Below, piece by piece: positions 1-12,713 of a stretch of DNA of 64,000 nucleotides. The position numbers and the translations under genes were made by a program. The stretch comes from Nemertoderma westbladi. Lineage: Eukaryota > Animalia > Xenacoelomorpha. The DNA lies in assembly GCA_032718475.1 (NCBI GenBank), contig JAUCBJ010000742.1, positions 1 through 64,000 on the forward strand. The letters are read 5' to 3'. The notes below the pieces were generated by a model that saw only the letters and a list, made by a program, of their open reading frames with translations, was not told where the DNA came from and did no database searches. Position 1 is the stretch's first letter; each line of letters starts with the position of its first letter.

Positions 1-289
1 GTTTACTTTTGGTGCGGACTTTCTCGAGGGAAAAGAACAGGTTACCGAGACGGGATTTTCTAGCCGAAATAATAACGATCTCGTTAATAAATACATGGAA
101 AGGAGCAGGTTAAAGAGTACCTATTTAGGTAGGGAAACCAGCGGTTTACTCTGCTAAGGGTCGGTCCTTATTAGACCTAATTTAAAAAAAGAGGCTCAGG
201 GCTAAACTTTCATTATCCGTAATGTCTTTTTTACCCCAATCGTATTTATGTTATTATCTTGAACGTTAATAGTTGGTATGGCTAATCGC

Positions 290-569
290 AGACCGGGATT
301 ATCACTCGGAATCCCGTTTTACGGGATCGGGATTGTAATATTTGATTAAATTCCTTAGAGTTATTAGCATGTGGTTTTGGGTAACACTCACTTTATCTTA
401 CTGGATGGTTTACTGACGTAAAAATTCGATATAATTAAAACATTTCCTTTCTACTCGAACTATTTATCAGATATTCAACAAATTTACATCACTATTTGGG
501 ATCCGGTCCAAAAAATGTCGGGATCGGGACCGGGGTAGCATTTTTTGCCGGGATCCCGTTTAAACACTA
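290..569 (-). mobile_element. Remnant of a MITE/hAT-like element with CGGGAT subterminal motifs
   Basis: Clustered CGGGAT/ATCCCG motifs at about 294-333 and 498-558; minus-strand terminus TAGTGTTTAAACGGGATCCCGG. No partner TIR seen. Confidence 0.35.
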
Positions 570-1057
570 CCATACTGGCAATAGTGAAAGTTGTGCAGGA
601 TACATGTTTCCATGGAAACCAGTTTTCCGTGAGATTAGTTTTATTTAAGACGCATTGAATGTGATAACATTAAGTAAAGGTGCACTTATCTTGGTGTCTG
701 TAAAGGGTCACTATGTATATTGGCCCTAATGTTATTTATCTCATTTTCAGTTCGGCCCGTTTCCTTCTCAACTAATTTGATAGATTTGTTATGAAGTCAC
801 ATCAAATAGGGTCTGTTATGGCCCTTTCTTTCTTCACTAAGCTCAGTTCGGGCCAATTATATATTATTCCAGACAGTAAGAGGGCCAATTTTGGCAAATT
901 TTGGCCCTTTTGACTTTTTTGGCCCTAATTCCATTTTATACATTTTGGTAAGTGGCCCGGAAATTGTGTTTTAATTTAGTTAGTAATAAAATGAAGGTGC
1001 ATAACTTTTTAAAGGAACCGTATTATACACAAAGGGGCATTCAAGCCCGTTTGCGGT

Positions 1058-1141
1058 TTCGGGCTAAAGGGCCACTTTTTAATAGCCCCCAAGTCGCAAT
1101 AGGGCCACTTTTGATATACAAAAGTGGCCCTTCAGCCCGAA
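1058..1141. repeat. Nested inverted repeats at the end of a GGCCC-rich, MITE-like intronic segment (about 700-1145)
   Basis: TTCGGGCTAAAGGGCCACTTTT (1058-1079) pairs with AAAAGTGGCCCTTCAGCCCGAA (1120-1141) with one mismatch. A perfect 13-bp stem AGGGCCACTTTTG-atata-CAAAAGTGGCCCT lies at 1101-1131. Confidence 0.8.
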
Positions 1142-1182
1142 CGTATATCTATTATATATAAATGATTAATTACTTTTTAATT

Positions 1183-1297
1183 TAACGAAACGAAACGGAA
1201 ATTCAACGAAACGAAACACTTAATATTTCGTTCGTTATCAGCATGTATTTTTATTTCGTTTCGTTTAACATTTTCTAGTTTCGTTGTGCCATCCCTG
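1183..1297 (-). mobile_element. Remnant end of a hAT-like non-autonomous element with AACGAAACG subterminal repeats
   Basis: Minus-strand terminus CAGGGATGGCACAACGAAAC resembles hAT (C/T)AGGG termini, with several AACGAAAC/GTTTCGTT motifs in both orientations. No partner end or TSD found. Confidence 0.45.
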
Positions 1298-1317
1298 TTT
1301 ATATTTATTGTTTTCAG

Positions 1318-2757
1318 ATCGATGAGGACTCGTCTCTCCAACAACACGTTCTTATCCTACCGGGCAGAGCGGGTAGTGAAGGCCCGTTGCTTGGCAACAG
1401 ATGCTCGACGGCTCCTAGACTCTGCACCAACCCCATAAACACCTCCCCCCCGAGACTCCTTACAACGACCAGCCAGACGGGACCAACCACAACCGCTACC
1501 GGCGCTGACGTTGTCACGCCCCCCTCTCCGATTAATCCTCCATCGGCGAGCTCACCCAGCCCCGTTCGCATGATAGAAAACTCCAGCCAGCACGCTTACA
1601 TACCACTCAGAGTAATCACAGAATCGCCTGCCACTTATTCTGAATTACCGTCGTTACAAAATGAAGTTCATAACGTAACCTCCTCCATAACATCTGCAGG
1701 GGCTGGATTTTTAATACAAAATACCCCATCTAATAATGATGTCATAAAAAGAGGATTTGAATTTACATCACCTAGCGTAACTGTAGAGAGTAATGTTGTA
1801 CGTCCATGTGCAACAAACTCGATATATTTTTATAATGGTCTTTCAACGCCGAGTGGGAACTCAACGTATTGTGGCCCTACGCCACCTAGTGGGGACCCAA
1901 CGTATTGTGTGCTTGCGCCACCTAGTGGGAACCCAACCTCCAACCCCGTTGTCCCACCGAACGTTCTATACGCCAACTACCTGGATAGCTACCGACAGTT
2001 GGAGACCAGCACTCGTACCGAGTACCTACTGATGTATCTAAACCGTTTGAACCGACTAGACAGACTGCGAGAGTCCGACACTCAGCTCGATTTGTTTCAA
2101 GTCCTTCTCGGCGGGGGGCATGAGGATTTAGAAGATAACTTAATACGGTTGAGTTCCGTGGTACTTGGTGAGGATTCCGTGGTGGAGAAGGGAGTTGGGT
2201 CTCTCCCTGCTGCAGAGGAACGCGAACCAACACTGATTCACATCGCTGTCGGATTAGGCTCGTTGCGACTCGTTGATTGGCTGTTGCTAGGCTACGCCCC
2301 GGACCGCGACCCCCTAGTCCCGGACTCGCTCGGACGGACGCCGCTCCACTGGGCGGCCTACATCAACCGCGCGGACTTGGCTTCCGCTCTGTGTCGTTGT
2401 CGCTTGGAGACCGCTGTGGCTGCTGACTCTCACGGGGTCACCCCCTTGGATCTCGCCCGCCTGAGGGACCACGCCTCCGTAGTCGCTACAGTCTGCGAGT
2501 TTATTAATCCGCCAGTGGGTCCCATGGAAGCCGTCGTGGGCGCTCGTTCAGGATTGGTTAATCCGCTGTCAGGGCCTGTTGTATCCATGGATGCTGTTGC
2601 TATGGAACGAACCAAAGTATCCGATACTCCCTCCGTTTTGATGGATGAAATCCAACTCGGGGAAATTGTTGAGTCGATAGAGTTAGGCTTACCGTTGCAG
2701 GAGTTAGGCATACCGCTTCAAGAGTTAGGCATACCGTTGCAGGAGCCGACTCCAAAT
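1318..2757 (+). CDS. CAMTA: Large internal exon (480 codons, phase 0/0) of a CAMTA-like gene: S/T/P-rich region, pre-ankyrin helices and ankyrin repeats
   Basis: Acceptor tttattgttttcag|ATC at 1317/1318 is in frame with ORF 1387-2793. Donor AAT|gttagt at 2757/2758 is phase 0 and matches the next exon. The translation TLIHIAVGLG...DPLVPDSLGRTPLHWAAY...AADSHGVTPLDLARLRDHASVV resembles the animal CAMTA ankyrin region as I recall it (TLLHLAAAQG...DPLNVD...TPLMWAC...PDSLGRLPLGIARSRGH). Family call is by eye, not by database search. Confidence 0.8.
1849..1938 (+). repeat. In-frame coding tandem repeat, about 2.5 x 36 bp (PSGNSTYCGPTP / PSGDPTYCVLAP / PSGNPT)
   Basis: AGTGGG(A/G)AC(T/C)CAAC recurs at 36-nt spacing. 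Confidence 0.85.
2680..2745 (+). repeat. In-frame coding tandem repeat, 3 x 21 bp (ELG[L/I]PLQ)
   Basis: GAGTTAGGCTTACCGTTGCAG / GAGTTAGGCATACCGCTTCAA / GAGTTAGGCATACCGTTGCAG / GAG. Confidence 0.9.
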
Positions 2758-2868
2758 GTTAGTCTCATTGCGAAATTATTGTCATTTCAGTAAATTTAAT
2801 TATTTTTCAAAGGAAGGTAAGAAGAACTTTGCTCTACTTTAGTTACAAATAATCTGTCAATAAAACAA

Positions 2869-5800
2869 AAACCTACCAGTATCCCTTTTAGGTTCCATCC
2901 GTCCCCAACTCCAGTAAACCTACCAGTATCCCTTTTAGGTTCCCTCCATCCCCAACTCCAGTAAACCTACCAGTATCCCTTTTAGGTTCCCTCCGTCCCC
3001 AACTCCAGTAAACCTACCAGTATCCCTTTTAGGTTCCCTCCGTCCCCAACTCCAGTAAACCTACCAGTATCCCTTTTAGGTTCCCTCCGTCCCCAACTCC
3101 AGTAAACCTACCAGTATCCCTTTTAGGTTCCCCCCATCCCCAACTCCAGTAAACCTACCAGTATCCCTTTTAGGTTCCCTCCGTCCCCAACTCCAGTAAA
3201 CCTACCAGTATCCCTTTTAGGTTCCCTCCGTCCCCAACTCCAGTAAACCTACCAGTATCCCTTTTAGGTTCCCTCCGTCCCCAACTCCAGTAAACCTACC
3301 AGTATCCCTTTTAGGTTCCCCCCATCCCCAACTCCAGTAAACCTACCAGTATCCCTTTTAGGTTCCCTCCATCCGTCCCCAACTCCAGTAAACCTACCAG
3401 TATCCCTTTTAGGTTCCCTCCATCCCCAACTCCAGTAAACCTACCAGTATCCCTTTTAGGTTCCCTCCATCCCCAACTCCAGTAAACCTACCAGTATCCC
3501 TTTTAGGTTCCCTCCGTCCCCAACTCCAGTAAACCTACCAGTATCCCTTTTAGGTTCCCTCCATCCGTCCCCAACTCCAGTAAACCTACCAGTGTCCCTT
3601 TTAGGTTCCCTCCATCCCCAACTCCAGTAAACCTACCAGTGTCCCTTTTAGGTTCCCTCCATCCCCAACTCCAGTAAACCTACCAGTATCCCTTTTAGGT
3701 TCCCTCCGTCCCCAACTCCAGTAAACCTACCAGTATCCCTTTTAGGTTCCCTCCATCCGTCCCCAACTCCAGTAAACCTACCAGTATCCATTTTAGGTTC
3801 CCTCCATCCCCAACTACAGTAAACCTACCAGTATCCCTTTTAGGTTCCCTCCATCCCCAACTCCAGTAAACCTACCAGTATACCTTTTAGGTTCCCTCCA
3901 TCCGTCCCCAACTCCAGTAAACCTACCAGTATCCCTTTTAGGTTCCCTCCATCCCCAACTCCAGTAAACCTACCAGTATCCCTTTTAGGTTCCCTCCATC
4001 CCCAACTCCAGTAAACCTACCAGTATCCCTTTTAGGTTCCCTCCATCCCCAACTCCAGTAAACCTACCAGTATCCCTTTTAGGTTCCCTCCATCCGTCCC
4101 CAACTCCAGTAAACCTACCAGTATCCCTTTTAGGTTCCCTCCATCCGTCCCCAACTCCAGTAAACCTACCAGTATCCCTTTTAGGTTCCCTCCATCCGTC
4201 CCCAACTCCAGTAAACCTACCAGTATCCCTTTTAGGTTCCCTCCATCCGTCCCCAACTCCAGTAAACCTACCAGTATCCCTTTTAGGTTCCCTCCATCCG
4301 TCCCCAACTCCAGTAAACCTACCAGTATCCCTTTTAGGTTCCCTCCATCCGTCCCCAACTCCAGTAAACCTACCAGTATCCCTTTTAGGTTCCCTCCATC
4401 CGTCCCCAACTCCAGTAAACCTACCAGTATCCCTTTTAGGTTCCCTCCATCCGTCCCCAACTCCAGTAAACCAACCAGTATCCCTTTTAGGTTCCCTCCA
4501 TCCCCAACTACAGTAAACCTACCAGTATCCCTTTTAGGTTCCCTCCATCCGTCCCCAACTCCAGTAAACCTACCAGTATCCCTTTTAGGTTCCCTCCATC
4601 CCCAACTCCAGTAAACCTACCAGTATCACTTTTAGGTTCCCTCCATCCCCAACTCCAGTAAACCTAGCAGTATCCCTTTTAGGTTCCCTCCGTCCGTCCC
4701 CAACTCCATTAAACCAACCAGTATCCCTTTTAGGTTCCCTCCGTCCCCAACTCCAGTAAACCTACCAGTATCCCTTTTAGGTTCCCTCCATCCCCAACTC
4801 CAGTAAACCTACCAGTATCCCTTTTAGGTTCCCTCCATCCGTCCCCAACTCCTGTAAACCTACCAGTATCCCTTTTAGATTCCCTCCATTCCCAACTCCA
4901 GTAAACCTACCAGTATCCCTTTTAGATTCCCTCCATTCCCAACTCCAGTAAACCTACCAGTATCCCTTTTAGGTTCCCTCCATCCGTCCCCAACTCCTGT
5001 AAACCTACCAGTATCCCTTTTAGATTCCCTCCATTCCCAACTCCAGTAAACCTACCAGTATCCCTTTTAGGTTCCCTCCATCCATCCCCAACTCCAGTAA
5101 ACCTACCAGTATCTCTTTTAGGTTCCCTCCATCCGTCCCCAACTCCAGTAAACCTACCAGTATCACTTTTAGGTTTCCTCCATCCCCAACTCCAGTAAAC
5201 CTACCAGTATCACTTTTAGGTTCCCTCCATCCGTCCCCAACTCCAGTAAACCTACCAGTATCCCTTTTAGGTTCCCTCCATCCCCAACTCCAGTAAACCT
5301 ACCAGTATCCCTTTTAGGTTCCCTCCATCCATCCCCAACTCCAGTAAACCTACCAGTATCTCTTTTAGGTTCCCTCCATCCGTCCCCAACTCCAGTAAAC
5401 CTACCAGTATCACTTTTAGGTTTCCTCCATCCCCAACTCCAGTAAACCTACCAGTATCACTTTTAGGTTCCCTCCATCCGTCCCCAACTCCAGTAAACCT
5501 ACCAGTATCACTTTTAGGTTTCCTCCATCCCCAACTCCAGTAAACCTACCAGTATCACTTTTAGGTTCCCTCCGTCCGTCCCCAACTCCAGTAAACCTAC
5601 CAGTATCCCTTTTAGATTCCCTCCATTCCCAACTCCAGTAAACCTACCAGTATCCCTTTTAGGTTCCCTCCATCCATCCCCAACTCCAGTAAACCTACCA
5701 GTATCTCTTTTAGGTTCCCTCCATCCGTCCCCAACTCCAGTAAACCTACCAGTATCACTTTTAGGTTTCCTCCATCCCCAACTCCAGTAAACCTACCAGT

Positions 5801-8800
5801 ATCACTTTTAGGTTCCCTCCATCCGTCCCCAACTCCAGTAAACCTACCAGTATCCCTTTTAGGTTCCCTCCATCCCCAACTCCAGTAAACCTACCAGTAT
5901 CCCTTTTAGATTCCCTCCATTCCCAACTCCAGTAAACCTACCAGTATCCCTTTTAGGTTCCCTCCATCCGTCCCCAACTCCTGTAAACCTACCAGTATCC
6001 CTTTTAGGTTCCCTCCATCCCCAACTCCAGTAAACCTACCAGTATCCCTTTTAGATTCCCTCCATTCCCAACTCCAGTAAACCTACCAGTATCCCTTTTA
6101 GGTTCCCTCCATCCCCAACTCCAGTAAACCTAGCAGTATCCCTTTTAGGTTCCCTCCGTCCGTCCCCAACTCCATTAAACCAACCAGTATCCCTTTTAGG
6201 TTCCCTCCGTCCCCAACTCCAGTAAACCTACCAGTATCCCTTTTAGGTTCCCTCCATCCCCAACTCCAGTAAACCAACCAGTATCCCTTTTAGGTTCCCT
6301 CCGTCCCCAACTCCAGTAAACCTACCAGTATCCCTTTTAGGTTCCCTCCATCCGTCCCCAACTCCAGTAAACCTACCAGTATCCCTTTTAGGTTCCCTCC
6401 ATCCGTCCCCAACTCCAGTAAACCTACCAGTATCCCTTTTAGGTTCCCTCCATCCGTCCCCAACTCCAGTAAACCAACCAGTATCCCTTTTAGGTTCCCT
6501 CCATCCCCAACTACAGTAAACCTACCAGTATCCCTTTTAGGTTCCCTCCATCCGTCCCCAACTCCAGTAAACCTACCAGTATCCCTTTTAGGTTCCCTCC
6601 ATCCCCAACTCCAGTAAACCTACCAGTATCACTTTTAGGTTCCCTCCATCCCCAACTCCAGTAAACCTAGCAGTATCCCTTTTAGGTTCCCTCCGTCCGT
6701 CCCCAACTCCATTAAACCAACCAGTATCCCTTTTAGGTTCCCTCCGTCCCCAACTCCAGTAAACCTACCAGTATCCCTTTTAGGTTCCCTCCATCCCCAA
6801 CTCCAGTAAACCTACCAGTATCCCTTTTAGATTCCCTCCATTCCCAACTCCAGTAAACCTACCAGTATCCCTTTTAGGTTCCCTCCATCCATCCCCAACT
6901 CCAGTAAACCTACCAGTATCTCTTTTAGGTTCCCTCCATCCGTCCCCAACTCCAGTAAACCTACCAGTATCACTTTTAGGTTTCCTCCATCCCCAACTCC
7001 AGTAAACCTACCAGTATCACTTTTAGGTTCCCTCCATCCGTCCCCAACTCCAGTAAACCTACCAGTATCCCTTTTAGGTTCCCTCCATCCCCAACTCCAG
7101 TAAACCTACCAGTATCCCTTTTAGATTCCCTCCATTCCCAACTCCAGTAAACCTACCAGTATCCCTTTTAGGTTCCCTCCGTCCCCAACTCCAGTAAACC
7201 TACCAGTATCCCTTTTAGGTTCCCTCCGTCCCCAACTCCAGTAAACCTACCAGTATCCCTTTTAGGTTCCCTCCATCCGTCCCCAACTCCTGTAAACCTA
7301 CCAGTATCCCTTTTAGGTTCCCTCCATCCCCAACTCCAGTAAACCTACCAGTATCCCTTTTAGATTCCCTCCATTCCCAACTCCAGTAAACCTACCAGTA
7401 TCCCTTTTAGGTTCCCTCCATCCCCAACTCCAGTAAACCTAGCAGTATCCCTTTTAGGTTCCCTCCGTCCGTCCCCAACTCCATTAAACCAACCAGTATC
7501 CCTTTTAGGTTCCCTCCGTCCCCAACTCCAGTAAACCTACCAGTATCCCTTTTAGGTTCCCTCCATCCCCAACTCCAGTAAACCAACCAGTATCCCTTTT
7601 AGGTTCCCTCCGTCCGTCCCCAACTCCATTAAACCTACCAGTATCCCTTTTAGGTTCCCTCCTTCCCCGACTCCAGTAAACCTACCAGTATCCCTTTTAG
7701 GTTCCCTCCGTCCCCAACTCCAGTAAACCTACCAGTATCCCTTTTAGGTTCCCTCCATCCGTCCCCAACTCCAGTAAACCTACCAGTATCCCTTTTAGGT
7801 TCCCTCCATTCCCAACTCCAGTAAACCTACCAGTATCCCTTTTAGGTTCCCTCCGTCCCCAATTCCAGTAAACCTACCAGTATCCCTTTTAGGTTCCCTC
7901 CGTCCCCAACTCCAGTAAACCTACCAGTATCCCTTTTAGATTCCCTCCATTCCCAACTCCAGTAAACCTACCAGTATCCCTTTTAGGTTCCCTCCATCCA
8001 TCCCCAACTCCAGTAAACCTACCAGTATCTCTTTTAGGTTCCCTCCATCCGTCCCCAACTCCAGTAAACCTACCAGTATCTCTTTTAGGTTCCCTCCATC
8101 CATCCCCAACTCCAGTAAACCTACCAGTATCTCTTTTAGGTTCCCTCCATCCGTCCCCAACTCCTGTAAACCTACCAGTATCCCTTTTAGGTTCCCTCCA
8201 TCCCCAACTCCAGTAAACCTACCAGTATCCCTTTTAGATTCCCTCCATTCCCAACTCCAGTAAACCTACCAGTATCCCTTTTAGGTTCCCTCCGTCCCCA
8301 ACTCCAGTAAACCTACCAGTATCCCTTTTAGGTTCCCTCCATCAATCCCCAACTCCAGTAAACCTACCAGTATCTCTTTTAGGTTCCCTCCATCCGTCCC
8401 CAACTCCAGTAAACCAACCAGTATCACTTTTAGGTTTCCTCCATCCCCAACTCCAGTAAACCTACCAGTATCTCTTTTAGGTTCCCTCCATCCATCCCCA
8501 ACTCCAGTAAACCTACCAGTATCTCTTTTAGGTTCCCTCCATCCGTCCCCAACTCCTGTAAACCTACCAGTATCCCTTTTAGGTTCCCTCCATCCCCAAC
8601 TCCAGTAAACCTACCAGTATCCCTTTTAGATTCCCTCCATTCCCAACTCCAGTAAACCTACCAGTATCCCTTTTAGGTTCCCTCCGTCCCCAACTCCAGT
8701 AAACCTACCAGTATCCCTTTTAGGTTCCCTCCATCAATCCCCAACTCCAGTAAACCTACCAGTATCTCTTTTAGGTTCCCTCCATCCGTCCCCAACTCCA

Positions 8801-11800
8801 GTAAACCAACCAGTATCACTTTTAGGTTTCCTCCATCCCCAACTCCAGTAAACCTACCAGTATCACTTTTAGGTTTCCTCCATCCGTCCCCAACTCCAGT
8901 AAACCTACCAGTATCCCTTTTAGGTTCCCTCCGTCCGTCCCCAACTCCAGTAAACCTACCAGTATCCCTTTTAGATTCCCTCCATTCCCAACTCCAGTAA
9001 ACCTACCAGTATCCCTTTTAGGTTCCCTCCATCCGTCCCCAACTCCTGTAAACCTACCAGTATCCCTTTTAGGTTCCCTCCATCCCCAACTCCAGTAAAC
9101 CTACCAGTATCCCTTTTAGGTTCCCTCCATCCCCAACTCCAGTAAACCTACCAGTATCCCTTTTAGATTCCCTCCATTCCCAACTCCAGTAAACCTACCA
9201 GTATCCCTTTTAGATTCCCTCCATTCCCAACTCCAGTAAACCTACCAGTATCCCTTTTAGATTCCCTCCATTCCCAACTCCAGTAAACCTACCAGTATCC
9301 CTTTTAGGTTCCCTCCATCCCCAACTCCAGTAAACCTACCAGTATCCCTTTTAGGTTCCCTCCATCCCCAACTCCAGTAAACCTACCAGTATCCCTTTTA
9401 GGTTCCCTCCATCCCCAACTCCAGTAAACCTACCAGTATCCCTTTTAGGTTCCCTCCATCCCCAACTCCAGTAAACCTACCAGTATCCCTTTTAGGTTCC
9501 CTCCATTCCCAACTCCAGTAAACCTACCAGTATCCCTTTTAGGTTCCCTCCATCCCCAACTCCAGTAAACCTACCAGTATCCCTTTTAGGTTCCCTCCAT
9601 CCCCAACTCCAGTAAACCTACCAGTATCCCTTTTAGGTTCCCTCCATCCCCAACTCCAGTAAACCTACCAGTATCCCTTTTAGGTTCCCTCCATCCCCAA
9701 CTCCAGTAAACCTACCAGTATCCCTTTTAGGTTCCCTCCATCCCCAACTCCAGTAAACCTACCAGTATCCCTTTTAGATTCCCTCCATTCCCAACTCCAG
9801 TAAACCTACCAGTATCCCTTTTAGGTTCCCTCCATCCGTCCCCAACTCCTGTAAACCTACCAGTATCCCTTTTAGGTTCCCTCCATTCCCAACTCCAGTA
9901 AACCTACCAGTATCCCTTTTAGGTTCCCTCCATCCCCAACTCCAGTAAACCTACCAGTATCCCTTTTAGGTTCCCTCCATCCCCAACTCCAGTAAACCTA
10001 CCAGTATCCCTTTTAGGTTCCCTCCATTCCCAACTCCAGTAAACCTACCAGTATCCCTTTTAGGTTCCCTCCATCCCCAACTCCAGTAAACCTACCAGTA
10101 TCCCTTTTAGGTTCCCTCCATCCCCAACTCCAGTAAACCTACCAGTATCCCTTTTAGGTTCCCTCCATCCCCAACTCCAGTAAACCTACCAGTATCCCTT
10201 TTAGGTTCCCTCCATCCCCAACTCCAGTAAACCTACCAGTATCCCTTTTAGGTTCCCTCCATCCCCAACTCCAGTAAACCTACCAGTATCCCTTTTAGGT
10301 TCCCTCCATTCCCAACTCCAGTAAACCTACCAGTATCCCTTTTAGGTTCCCTCCATCCCCAACTCCAGTAAACCTACCAGTATCCCTTTTAGATTCCCTC
10401 CATTCCCAACTCCAGTAAACCTACCAGTATCCCTTTTAGGTTCCCTCCATCCCCAACTCCAGTAAACCTACCAGTATCCCTTTTAGGTTCCCTCCATCCC
10501 CAACTCCAGTAAACCTAGCAGTATCCCTTTTAGGTTCCCTCCGTCCGTCCCCAACTCCATTAAACCAACCAGTATCCATTTTAGGTTCCCTCCGTCCCCA
10601 ACTCCAGTAAACCTACCAGTATCCCTTTTAGGTTTCCTCCATCCCCAACTCCAGTAAACCTACCAGTATCCCTTTTAGATTCCCTCCATTCCCAACTCCA
10701 GTAAACCTACCAGTATCCCTTTTAGGTTCCCTCCATCCGTCCCCAACTCCTGTAAACCTACCAGTATCCCTTTTAGGTTCCCTCCATCCCCAACTCCAGT
10801 AAACCTACCAGTATCCCTTTTAGGTTCCCTCCATCCCCAACTCCAGTAAACCTACCAGTATCCCTTTTAGATTCCCTCCATTCCCAACTCCAGTAAACCT
10901 ACCAGTATCCCTTTTAGATTCCCTCCATTCCCAACTCCAGTAAACCTACCAGTATCCCTTTTAGATTCCCTCCATTCCCAACTCCAGTAAACCTACCAGT
11001 ATCCCTTTTAGGTTCCCTCCATCCCCAACTCCAGTAAACCTACCAGTATCCCTTTTAGGTTCCCTCCATCCCCAACTCCAGTAAACCTACCAGTATCCCT
11101 TTTAGGTTCCCTCCATCCCCAACTCCAGTAAACCTACCAGTATCCCTTTTAGGTTCCCTCCATCCCCAACTCCAGTAAACCTACCAGTATCCCTTTTAGT
11201 TTCCCTCCATTCCCAACTCCAGTAAACCTACCAGTATCCCTTTTAGGTTCCCTCCATCCCCAACTCCAGTAAACCTACCAGTATCCCTTTTAGGTTCCCT
11301 CCATCCCCAACTCCAGTAAACCTACCAGTATCCCTTTTAGGTTCCCTCCATCCCCAACTCCAGTAAACCTACCAGTATCCCTTTTAGGTTCCCTCCATCC
11401 CCAACTCCAGTAAACCTACCAGTATCCCTTTTAGGTTCCCTCCATCCCCAACTCCAGTAAACCTACCAGTATCCCTTTTAGGTTCCCTCCATTCCCAACT
11501 CCAGTAAACCTACCAGTATCCCTTTTAGGTTCCCTCCATCCCCAACTCCAGTAAACCTACCAGTATCCCTTTTAGATTCCCTCCATTCCCAACTCCAGTA
11601 AACCTACCAGTATCCCTTTTAGGTTCCCTCCATCCCCAACTCCAGTAAACCTACCAGTATCCCTTTTAGGTTCCCTCCATCCCCAACTCCAGTAAACCTA
11701 GCAGTATCCCTTTTAGGTTCCCTCCGTCCGTCCCCAACTCCATTAAACCAACCAGTATCCCTTTTAGGTTCCCTCCGTCCCCAACTCCAGTAAACCTACC

Positions 11801-12713
11801 AGTATCCCTTTTAGGTTCCCTCCATCCCCAACTCCAGTAAACCTACCAGTATCCCTTTTAGATTCCCTCCATTCCCAACTCCAGTAAACCTACCAGTATC
11901 CCTTTTAGGTTCCCTCCATCCCCAACTCCAGTAAACCTAGCAGTATCCCTTTTAGGTTCCCTCCGTCCGTCCCCAACTCCATTAAACCAACCAGTATCCC
12001 TTTTAGGTTCCCTCCGTCCCCAACTCCAGTAAACCTACCAGTATCCCTTTTAGGTTCCCTCCGTCCCCAACTCCAGTAAACCTACCAGTATCCCTTTTAG
12101 GTTCCCTCCATCCATCCCCAACTCCAGTAAACCTACCAGTATCTCTTTTAGGTTCCCTCCATCCGTCCCCAACTCCAGTAAACCAACCAGTATCACTTTT
12201 AGGTTTCCTCCATCCCCAACTCCAGTAAACCTACCAGTATCCCTTTTGGGTTCCCTCCATCCGTCCCCAACTCCAGTAAACCAACCAGTATCCCTTTTAG
12301 ATTCCCTCCATCCCCAACTCCAGTAAACCTACCAGTATCCCTTTTAGGTTTCCTCCGTCCCCAACTCCAGTAAACCAACCAGTATCACTTTTAGGTTTCC
12401 TCCATCCCCAACTCCAGTAAACCTACCAGTATCCCTTTTGGGTTCCCTCCATCCGTCCCCAACTCCAGTAAACCAACCAGTATCCCTTTTAGATTCCCTC
12501 CATCCCCAACTCCAGTAAACCTACCAGTATCCCTTTTAGGTTTCCTCCATCCCCAACTCCAGTAAACCTACCAGTATCCCTTTTAGGTTCCCTCCATCCC
12601 CAACTCCAGTAAACCTACCAGTGTCCCTTTTAGGTTCCCTCCATCCCCAACTCCAGTAAACCTACCAGTATCACTTTTAGGTTTCCTCCATCCCCAACTC
12701 CAGTAAACCTACC
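2869..12713 (+). repeat. Minisatellite array A, left part; 47-bp unit CCAGTAAACCTACCAGTATCCCTTTTAGGTTCCCTCCATCCCCAACT and a 51-bp variant (+CGTC or CATC); about 200 copies
   Basis: Uninterrupted head-to-tail repeats read directly. The unit equals the 3' end of the intron plus the first ~24 nt of exon 28704-28908. Confidence 0.98.

Noticed and set aside
1387-2793. Stand-alone 468-aa single-exon ankyrin gene
   Set aside because: The ORF-track start is TTG, the frame is open back to an acceptor at 1317, and downstream in-frame exons carry CAMTA-like motifs.
2869-2879. AAACCTACCAG as a mimic of the U1 snRNA 5' end (ATACTTACCTG)
   Set aside because: An 8/11 match is too short to distinguish from chance, and it pairs poorly with the donors in this gene.
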